NCBI GenBank assembly: GCA_045631745.1
Contig: JAZQVI010000068.1
Coordinates: 852 to 64,851 of the forward strand
Origin: Eubacteriales bacterium
Lineage (GTDB): Bacteria > Bacillota > Clostridia > Oscillospirales > CAG-272
DNA length: 64,000 bases
Reading direction: 5' to 3'
Under the pieces are notes generated by a model that did not search any database, had not been told where the DNA came from, and saw nothing but the letters and a program-made list of their open reading frames with translations. Every line of letters starts with the position of its first letter. The stretch's first letter is position 1. The translations under genes and the position numbers were made by a program. This document shows, piece by piece, positions 57,395 to 64,000 of the stretch.

Positions 57395-57462
57395 TTTCTC
57401 TCCGCACAAACGTTGCGGTAGATAAGACAAAATCATTTAACAAAGACGTTGAATGAGCGCAA

Positions 57463-57503
57463 GGGGGAAAACTTTTTGAGAGAAAGGTTTTCCCCCGTTT
57501 TTT
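57463..57503 (+). terminator. Intrinsic terminator after the 1410-aa protein gene
   Basis: gggggaaaac / gttttccccc stem plus gtttttt. Confidence 0.8.
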
Positions 57504-57569
57504 ACGTTTGATTTTTCAACAGCATCATTGGCAGAGGTTCACGCTCGACCATGACAAAACGGAGTTTGG

Positions 57570-58436
57570 GTGACTCAATTTTCTAAAAAACCGCCACACG
57601 TCCTGCAAATACGCGAGAAAACAGTCTTTTTCTGTCGGATGGCGAGAAAAAATGATCTGTTGAAAACTTTGTCGACAAATGAAAATTTGGAGGATTCTAT
57701 TTTGATTTATCGCGCACATTACACCGTAAAATGGCATGACACAGACGCCAACCGACGCATGCGTCCGTCGCAGCTGCTGGTTTATATGCAGGAGACGGCA
57801 AATTTACATTTGCACGATTCCAACATGGATCTTGATAAGCTTCGCGACGAGAAGGGGCTTGGCTTTTTGCTCAGCCGTGTGTCGGTTTGTATTTATCATC
57901 AACTGCACGCATATGATGAAATTGACGTGGAGACCTGGATCTGCGAAGGGAAGGGCTTGAGCTTCAACCGTTGCTTCCGAATTTTCAGAGGTGAGGAAAT
58001 TGTTGCAGAGGCCTTTACCGTGTGGGCGTTGATGGATCTTTCCAACCAAAAGCTGGTTCGTCAGGAGCAATTCGAATACCCCTTTACCGGCGAGGCACCA
58101 CTATCTCTGTCCCTGCCCATTCGGTTCCGCGTTCCTGCGATGGAAGAGATGCCTTTGGTTGGAAAGCGTCGGATCGTTTACTCCGATCTTGATTACAACG
58201 GCCACATGAACAATACCCATTATCCCGATATGCTCTGCGACTTCACCGAGGGCATTACCTCAAAAGAGATCATCGGATTCTCACTGTCTTATCTCCATGA
58301 GGCCGCCTTTGGACGAAACCTATCTGTGTATCGAAGTGATCTTGGTGAGGAGCATTTTTTCCGTACTGTAGATGAAGAAGGGAACACCTGCCTTGAGGCA
58401 AAGCTCTTTACAAAATCAATCGAGGATTTGAAGTGA
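57570..58436 (+). CDS. Acyl-[acyl-carrier-protein] thioesterase
   Basis: YRAHYTVKWHDTDANRRMRPSQLLVYMQETANLH and the second hot-dog half SDLDYNGHMNNTHY. GTG 57570 lies 5 nt after GGAG; the alternative start is ATG 57639. Confidence 0.75.
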   Translation: MTQFSKKPPHVLQIREKTVFFCRMARKNDLLKTLSTNENLEDSILIYRAHYTVKWHDTDANRRMRPSQLLVYMQETANLHLHDSNMDLDKLRDEKGLGFLLSRVSVCIYHQLHAYDEIDVETWICEGKGLSFNRCFRIFRGEEIVAEAFTVWALMDLSNQKLVRQEQFEYPFTGEAPLSLSLPIRFRVPAMEEMPLVGKRRIVYSDLDYNGHMNNTHYPDMLCDFTEGITSKEIIGFSLSYLHEAAFGRNLSVYRSDLGEEHFFRTVDEEGNTCLEAKLFTKSIEDLK

Positions 58437-59422
58437 ACATGGTAAACCGAAATTTTCAACTTCTCAAATGCAAACGAAGCGAGGAGAATGTGGACCTATC
58501 CACAGAAAACGCAATCACAATCGGCCCCCGCGCGTTCTATCGGAACAGACGAATTGAAACAGTCAAGCTCCCAAAGACACTTTCGGCAATTAAGGCACAG
58601 GCCTTTTCCAAATGCCGTCATCTGCAGACTGTCGAAGTTGACAGCGAAAGTGTTGGCATTTCTACCGCCTCCTTTTCGGATTGTTACCGTCTAAAACACA
58701 TAAAAAACGACACACGTGTTGTAACAATCGGGAATAAGGCCTTTCAAAATTGCCATGCGTTAGAGGAAATTCATTTTGGAAGCAGCCTTCTAAAGATCGG
58801 AGACGAAGCTTTTCGCGATTGCAGAGCGCTTTCTTCCGTTTCGCTGCCTGATGAGACTGCGTTCCTGGGGCAATTCGCCTTTGCCGACTGTTGGAATTTG
58901 TCGGACGTGTCATTGGGAAACGGAATTACAACGATTCCGAAGGGCGCTTTTCGGAACTGTATTTCGCTCAAAACAGTCGAAATTCCGCAAACCGTGACCG
59001 AAATTTCCACATACGCCTATCAAAACTGCTCCGCTTGTCGGAGCCTAACTGTACCGGAAAACGTGAAAAAGCTGAGACACGTGGCGTTTTTTGGCTGTTC
59101 TCGGCTGGAAACAGTCAAGGTTGAATTGGGATGCACTCAGATCGGAGCACTCTGCTTTGCAAACAACCGAAGCCTTACGGAAGTCACACTCCCTCATTCC
59201 GTCAAACGTCTCGGATTTGGCGCATTTGGTTTAAAAAAGAGAGATAAAAAGATTCGAATTTGCGTCGAAAATGAATATATGCTCCGAAGAATACGGCGCA
59301 CGCTGTTGTTTTGCGGATCGTTTCTTGCTGCCGAGGCCGTCATGACGGGAAAAACAATCGAAGAGCGCAAGCGCGAGCGCCGACGCAATACACTGGAGCA
59401 AACCGCTGCACATATCAGCTAA
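58433..59422 (+). CDS. Cytoplasmic leucine-rich-repeat protein (BspA/LRR_5-type repeats)
   Basis: GTG start overlaps the thioesterase stop (GTGA), with GAGGA 6 nt upstream. Repeats of the pattern I..IG..AF..C..L..V.LP. No signal peptide. Basic C-terminus. Confidence 0.7.
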   Translation: MNMVNRNFQLLKCKRSEENVDLSTENAITIGPRAFYRNRRIETVKLPKTLSAIKAQAFSKCRHLQTVEVDSESVGISTASFSDCYRLKHIKNDTRVVTIGNKAFQNCHALEEIHFGSSLLKIGDEAFRDCRALSSVSLPDETAFLGQFAFADCWNLSDVSLGNGITTIPKGAFRNCISLKTVEIPQTVTEISTYAYQNCSACRSLTVPENVKKLRHVAFFGCSRLETVKVELGCTQIGALCFANNRSLTEVTLPHSVKRLGFGAFGLKKRDKKIRICVENEYMLRRIRRTLLFCGSFLAAEAVMTGKTIEERKRERRRNTLEQTAAHIS

Positions 59423-59572
59423 AAGAACGCGTTTTCCCCATTTTTGGGTAAAAAAATTGCGTTTTTTCAGAGGAGACGCTTTGGAGGAGATAAAATCCCT
59501 TCAAATTCACACCATTGCTGTAAAAAAAACAAAAAAATTTCAAAAAAATGAGCTTTAAAATTACAAATTCTG

Positions 59573-59601
59573 TTGACAAGACATTTTCTTTATGATATAA
59601 T
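59573..59601 (+). promoter_or_regulatory. Consensus sigma-A promoter of the 979-aa protein gene
   Basis: TTGACA, 17-nt spacer, TATAAT. Confidence 0.65.
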
Positions 59602-59670
59602 GTAAAAGGATATTATTATTCATTTCCGGCGTATTGCCGAGAAAAAATTTCAAGAAAGGTTGATGTTGTA

Positions 59671-62610
59671 ATGAAAGGTCAACGCACAAAACAACAAAAC
59701 AGATCGGCATTGCTCACGATCACCGCAGTCCTTCTGATGCTCGTCGTCACCATGATTGGACTTACGGCTGTCGTTTCTGCCGAAGAGGACGGTTTAACTA
59801 CTCGTCTGAACATCACCGCTAACCATTTTGCACAGGTCGCAGGCGACGGTCTCGACTATGAGAATGGTATTTTTACCAAGGAGTATGACGGCACGGACGC
59901 TGCAGATCTGATCCAAAACCCTCTCGTTACTCTCACTGAGGACGACGGTATAGCAGCAGGTCACGACGTTTCTGTACTCTTTACAAGTGCAAAGTTTGAC
60001 AAGTCCGGAGTTGATGCAACCAAGATCGTGGTTGAGTTCGAGCTTGTGGGTGAGGATGCAGGGTTGTACTACGCCCATGCAGTTTCCTTCAACGGAAAGA
60101 TCACTCCCAAGAAGCTGGAGTATAAGACCGATGTTACATATAGCCCCAACGGCATCGTACTGAGCGCAAACGGCGTGGAGGTTGATGGCGTAAACGACGA
60201 AAAGGTTGCAATCACCGTATCCAACGTAAAGCTCGGCGTTTTGAATGCTCGCAGCAACCAGGCTTATTCTTACGAAGGAGCCGGCATTGCAACAACCAAC
60301 AACGCGAACTACGTTGTGTCCAAGGTAGAAGTCACGGTTAATCCCGTTATCATCACGGAGGTTACTTGGGTAGGCAATACCGCGTGGGCATACGGCAGCG
60401 AACCCATCAAGGCTTACGGAAACAAGACCCTCAACATTTTCAAGCTTGTAGCTGACAAAGCCACCGACTGGGCAGAAGGAAACGTTGGTGAATACAGAGT
60501 CACAGCAACGATCATGGATGCATACAGCGGCAACTACAAGTTTGCAACGGGTGTCACAAACAGCAAAACCGTTAACATCAACCAGCTGGTAATCAATGTT
60601 TCTATGCCTGACTCCACTGTGGTCGGCAATGGAACCACTGTTTACTCGATCTCTGTACAGGGAACCAATATTCCTGCAGAGGTTTTGAACCTGATCACCT
60701 ATAAGTCTAACGGAGCAGACTTCAACGGATTTACCTTTGGTGAGGCTACCGTTGAGGCGATCCTTCCCACCTCTGCGAACTACACGTTCCTTGATGGTGA
60801 GAGAACTGTTACGAAGCTCACCGCTACTCTCAGAGTTCTTCGCGGAGAGAAGGTGTTTGACGTTCTTGATGAGGACGGCAACAAGGTCGGAAATGTCATT
60901 CTTGCAAGTCCCGACGGATTCTCTGACAGCGTGACCGCAGAGATCACCGCACTCAAGGGATTCCCCAAGATCACAAAGAACAAGTACAACATGGTTTACA
61001 ACGTCAAGCTCAACGGCGCTGCAGCAGGTCAGACCTTTACCCTCTACATTCCGTTGACCGACACCGTGTTTGGTTCCCGCATTGAGAGCCTTAACAAGGA
61101 TACCCTGTGCATTTACGAAGCAGCTAACGGAACGCTGACCTCCGCAACCAGTGCATCCAAGGGCTACACCGTTGTACTGGACGAGGACAACAGATACTAT
61201 CAGATTGACGGATTCGCAGGCGAATCCACCTTCGTAATCGCTCCCGATTACAATGCACCTTTCTTCCAGACTGTATGGGGCATTCTCCTGATCGTTGTTC
61301 TTGTAATTGCAATTCTCGTTATGATGTGTTACGTTGGTCTCTACCTCCGCCGCGTCCTTGAGACGAGAGAAGCACCCGCTACCGTAATCGATACCATCGG
61401 CGAGCTTCCCGAGGCTGAACCCGTTGAGGTTGAGGAGAAGGAAGAGGTCGATGTGGATGCTGTAATCGATCAGAACCTCGACGAGCTCGTAGAAAACATC
61501 GTCAATGAGACCGCTGAATCCGAGGAAGTTGACACGACTGAGCTGGATGAGGCTGTTGCAGAAAGCATTGAAGCTGTCGTAGAAGAGGCATCTGAGATTG
61601 TTCTGGACGAGGCACCTGCTCAAGAAGAAGTTGTTGAAGAAGCAGCTGAAGAGGTTGTTGAAGAGACTGCCGAGGAGGTTGTTGAGGAAGCAACCGAAGA
61701 GGCAGTTGAGGAAGTTGCCGCTGAAGAAGCATCTGCTGATGAGGAAGTTGTTGTAGCTGCTGAAGAAGTTGTTGAAGAGGTTGCAGAACCTGCAGAGGCA
61801 ACCGAAGAGGCTGTTGAAGAGGTCGTTGAGGCCGCCGAAGAGGTTGTTGAGGAGGTAGCTGCTGAGGAAGCAGAAACCGAATCTGACGATGACAACAACG
61901 ATGACTCCGATGATGGCGACGATTCCGTTGAGGCAATCAGCATGGTTGAGGACAACGACGCATCCTTCGGATTTGGTGTAAGCGTTGATCCTTCCACCTT
62001 CGTTGACGTAAAGGAAGATCCCGATGCATACCAGGCAATGCTGGATCGCGAGGCTCGCGGTGAGATCAAGATCGTTTACCGCTATAAGAAGAGCTTCCAG
62101 TCCAAGCTCGCACAGTCTCAGGGCAACGTTCAGGATTACTACTCCGAGCTCAAGAATGCACTTCTCACCTTCAAGGGTGTGAAGAACCGTCTGAGCTGGA
62201 ACTATGAGGCATTCAACAAGGGCAGAGCACACGTTGCAAAGATGGATGCGAAGTCCAAGACGCTGTATCTCTACCTGGCACTTGATCCTGCACAGTTTGC
62301 AGAGACCAAGTACAGTGTTGTGGACGTATCTGCAAAGAGAAAGTATGCAACCACTCCTACGCTCATCAAGATCAAGGGCGAGAGAAAGTTCAAGCATGCA
62401 CTCGAGCTGATCGAGAAGCTTTGCGGAGAGCAGCTGGAGCTTGCAAAGGTTGAGGCTGAGAACGTAGATTACCGCGTTGCACGCATGACCATTGACGAGA
62501 TGGTAGATGCAGGACTCATGAAAAAGAACGCAGGCTACGTTGTTCTCGTTCCCGAGGCTGAGGCAGTTGCTGCCGATGCTCAGGTTGAGACCGCTCCCGA
62601 GCAGAACTAA
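59671..62610 (+). CDS. Large type-I membrane protein: signal peptide, ~500-aa ectodomain with YDG/MBG-like Ig repeats, one TM helix, ~200-aa acidic E/A/V linker, ~230-aa C-terminal globular domain
   Basis: Signal peptide LLTITAVLLMLVVTMIGLTAVVSAEE. FTKEYDGTDAADL and GKITPKKLEY resemble MBG-type repeats. TM VWGILLIVVLVIAILVMMCYVGLYL followed by RR. Linker EEVVEEAAEEVVEETAEEVVEEATEEAVEE... C-terminal YRYKKSFQSKLAQSQGNVQDYYSELKNALL... Confidence 0.85.
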   Translation: MKGQRTKQQNRSALLTITAVLLMLVVTMIGLTAVVSAEEDGLTTRLNITANHFAQVAGDGLDYENGIFTKEYDGTDAADLIQNPLVTLTEDDGIAAGHDVSVLFTSAKFDKSGVDATKIVVEFELVGEDAGLYYAHAVSFNGKITPKKLEYKTDVTYSPNGIVLSANGVEVDGVNDEKVAITVSNVKLGVLNARSNQAYSYEGAGIATTNNANYVVSKVEVTVNPVIITEVTWVGNTAWAYGSEPIKAYGNKTLNIFKLVADKATDWAEGNVGEYRVTATIMDAYSGNYKFATGVTNSKTVNINQLVINVSMPDSTVVGNGTTVYSISVQGTNIPAEVLNLITYKSNGADFNGFTFGEATVEAILPTSANYTFLDGERTVTKLTATLRVLRGEKVFDVLDEDGNKVGNVILASPDGFSDSVTAEITALKGFPKITKNKYNMVYNVKLNGAAAGQTFTLYIPLTDTVFGSRIESLNKDTLCIYEAANGTLTSATSASKGYTVVLDEDNRYYQIDGFAGESTFVIAPDYNAPFFQTVWGILLIVVLVIAILVMMCYVGLYLRRVLETREAPATVIDTIGELPEAEPVEVEEKEEVDVDAVIDQNLDELVENIVNETAESEEVDTTELDEAVAESIEAVVEEASEIVLDEAPAQEEVVEEAAEEVVEETAEEVVEEATEEAVEEVAAEEASADEEVVVAAEEVVEEVAEPAEATEEAVEEVVEAAEEVVEEVAAEEAETESDDDNNDDSDDGDDSVEAISMVEDNDASFGFGVSVDPSTFVDVKEDPDAYQAMLDREARGEIKIVYRYKKSFQSKLAQSQGNVQDYYSELKNALLTFKGVKNRLSWNYEAFNKGRAHVAKMDAKSKTLYLYLALDPAQFAETKYSVVDVSAKRKYATTPTLIKIKGERKFKHALELIEKLCGEQLELAKVEAENVDYRVARMTIDEMVDAGLMKKNAGYVVLVPEAEAVAADAQVETAPEQN

Positions 62611-62621
62611 TATCGTGTTTT

Positions 62622-62652
62622 ACACCCCCTCGCTTTGAGGGGGTGTTTTTTT
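62622..62652 (+). terminator. Intrinsic terminator after the 979-aa protein gene
   Basis: acaccccctc / gagggggtgt stem plus tttttt. Confidence 0.8.
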
Positions 62653-62660
62653 GACAAAAA

Positions 62661-62702
62661 TAAAAAGACTGTCTCAAATGCGCCTTGCACTTGAGACAGT
62701 TT
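62661..62702 (-). terminator. Terminator after the convergent lipoprotein gene
   Basis: agactgtctcaa / ttgagacagt stem, T-rich downstream on the minus strand. Confidence 0.65.
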
Positions 62703-62715
62703 CTTTTATTTCATT

Positions 62716-63363
62716 TCAGACCGTTAATTTATCCAACAGCCATATGTCATTTTCCTTCACCAGGAACAGATTCATTTCAAATACACGGTCAGGCTTATCT
62801 TCCTCCCAGGCGTTGATCGAAATGGACACACGCTGCGCGTTGCTCGGGCGGATCACCTTCATAGAGGCATAATCATAGATCAGCGGAGTTGGGTGATATG
62901 CACCTTCTTCCTCGATCAGAATAAAGAGATCGGTATTATCCTGAATATACCTTGCCGGAAGATACTTGGATGCGGCACCGGGCACACTTTGCATCAAGCC
63001 ATCAAACATACTGGGATAAACAGAGGATTCCAGCAAGGCAGAGCTATAAACCTGTCCTGCAGCCTGCTTAATCTCTTCCACAGTGTGATATTTGGATTGC
63101 GCGCTCACAATGTGATAGTTTTCTGTGTATCCGAGCTTGGTGTAATCACTGTATAAACTCTCATAAACCGGAAGATTTCGATCACAGTAGGGAAGTCCTT
63201 TTCCGTAGAAGATCTCATTGAGCTCGTAGGAGGCCTCAATCAGCGCTACCACGCGGTCATAAATCTGTTCCAATTTGGGAGCGCGTCCGGCGCATCCGAC
63301 GCATCCGATCAACACGCTCACCAAAATCAGAACGACAGTTAAAATCCTATAAACTTTTTTCAT
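62716..63363 (-). CDS. Hypothetical lipoprotein
   Basis: MKKVYRILTVVLILVSVLIGC: signal peptide with lipobox-like LIGC. 215 aa. I recognise no motif. Confidence 0.65.
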   Translation of the reverse strand: MKKVYRILTVVLILVSVLIGCVGCAGRAPKLEQIYDRVVALIEASYELNEIFYGKGLPYCDRNLPVYESLYSDYTKLGYTENYHIVSAQSKYHTVEEIKQAAGQVYSSALLESSVYPSMFDGLMQSVPGAASKYLPARYIQDNTDLFILIEEEGAYHPTPLIYDYASMKVIRPSNAQRVSISINAWEEDKPDRVFEMNLFLVKENDIWLLDKLTV

Positions 63364-63379
63364 ATAACTTCAGATGGTA

Positions 63380-64000
63380 TTATTCCTGATCCGACGATTC
63401 CTCAACGCCTTCCATAACCTCATCCGATTCCTCCTCACGAGCAACCTTGGTGAAGTTCACAAGCGTCTGATTTTCGCCGAGGCGCATGACGATAACACCT
63501 CCGGCACTTCTGGAACGAGAGGGAATTCCGCTCACGGGGGTACGAATAATCGTTCCCGAGTCGGTAATGAGCATCAAGTCGTCATTGTCGTCAACAGATG
63601 CCACACCTGTGAGCAATCCGCTCTTATCCGTAATATTGTAGCACGTCACACCGTATCCACCGCGGTGCTTCATGACGCGGAATTCATCAAACGGGCAACG
63701 CTTTCCAAATCCCTTTTCGGTCACACAGATCAGATCCTTGCCCTCTTCAACAACGGCAACACCAACGACCTCGTCGCCCTCTCTGAGGGAAATTCCTCTG
63801 ACACCGCGTGCGGTTCTTCCCATGACACGTGCCTCGGATTCAACAAAGCGGACAGCCTGGCCGTTTCTGGTGGTAATAAGCAATTCACTGTCTCCGTCGG
63901 TACAACGAACGAAGAGAAGCTCGTCGCCCTCGTCGAGGTTGATCGCGATCTTTCCGCCCTTGCGCTGATACTCAAAATCTGTCAGAGGCGTACGCTTGAT
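63380..64000 (-). CDS. gyrA: DNA gyrase subunit A, C-terminal beta-pinwheel domain and acidic tail (5' part outside the window)
   Basis: The frame stays open to the window edge. Hand translation upstream of the listed ORF gives ...IKRTPLTDFEYQRKGGKIAINLDEGDELLFVRCTDGDSELLITTRNG... followed by repeated G.RGI/ GGxG blades. Confidence 0.85.
   Translation of the reverse strand: MKRTPLTDFEYQRKGGKIAINLDEGDELLFVRCTDGDSELLITTRNGQAVRFVESEARVMGRTARGVRGISLREGDEVVGVAVVEEGKDLICVTEKGFGKRCPFDEFRVMKHRGGYGVTCYNITDKSGLLTGVASVDDNDDLMLITDSGTIIRTPVSGIPSRSRSAGGVIVMRLGENQTLVNFTKVAREEESDEVMEGVEESSDQE

Noticed and set aside
53123-57436. 1437-aa ORF on the minus strand fully overlapping the 1410-aa plus-strand gene (both strands open for 4.3 kb).
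   Set aside because: The antisense frame is codon-aligned with the sense frame ((57434-53162) is divisible by 3). It stays open simply because the sense gene contains no TTA, CTA or TCA codons. Its product is C/L/V/N/G-rich low-complexity with no start context. The plus-strand product has a signal peptide, TM segments, promoter, RBS and terminator.
59794-62397. 867-aa antisense ORF over the 979-aa protein gene.
   Set aside because: This is the same codon-aligned shadow effect. It has no RBS or promoter, and its composition is implausible.

Overview
This 64-kb window looks like a Firmicutes/Clostridia-type chromosome; the taxon is inferred only from gene content (remA, ylxR/ylxQ, T-box, parS, yugP). 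Most of it is housekeeping. A long minus-strand block (11.1-44.3 kb) holds two P2-type cation ATPases, pfkA, a Nudix gene, rimP-nusA-ylxR-ylxQ-infB, recG, an acyl-CoA ligase, a CDF transporter, comM, yugP-like, fmt-def-priA-rpoZ-gmk-remA-yicC and csaB plus a GT4. A plus-strand block (44.4-52.1 kb) holds a Trp T-box-trpB2, then mnmG-rsmG-2x parS-parA-parB-serS. A gyrA 3' end lies at the right edge. Three regions look accessory. (i) A 9.6-kb cytoplasmic glycoside-hydrolase operon with a ROK regulator (1.2-10.4 kb) is bracketed by ~205-bp direct repeats and by partial copies of the 3' end of an adjacent tRNA-Ser(GCU), with no integrase. I read it as a fossil tRNA-targeted island. (ii) A stand-alone 980-aa glycoside hydrolase lies next to a Ca-type ATPase that has a long terminator-containing leader. 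(iii) A 52-63 kb envelope cluster has two very large membrane-anchored proteins with poly-acidic E/A/V tails (a third such gene end is at nt 1-422), plus an acyl-ACP thioesterase coupled to an LRR protein, a 2-TM protein and a lipoprotein. I found no CRISPR array, transposase, integrase, reverse transcriptase or recognisable defence genes. All function calls rest on motif recognition by eye; nothing was searched against a database.
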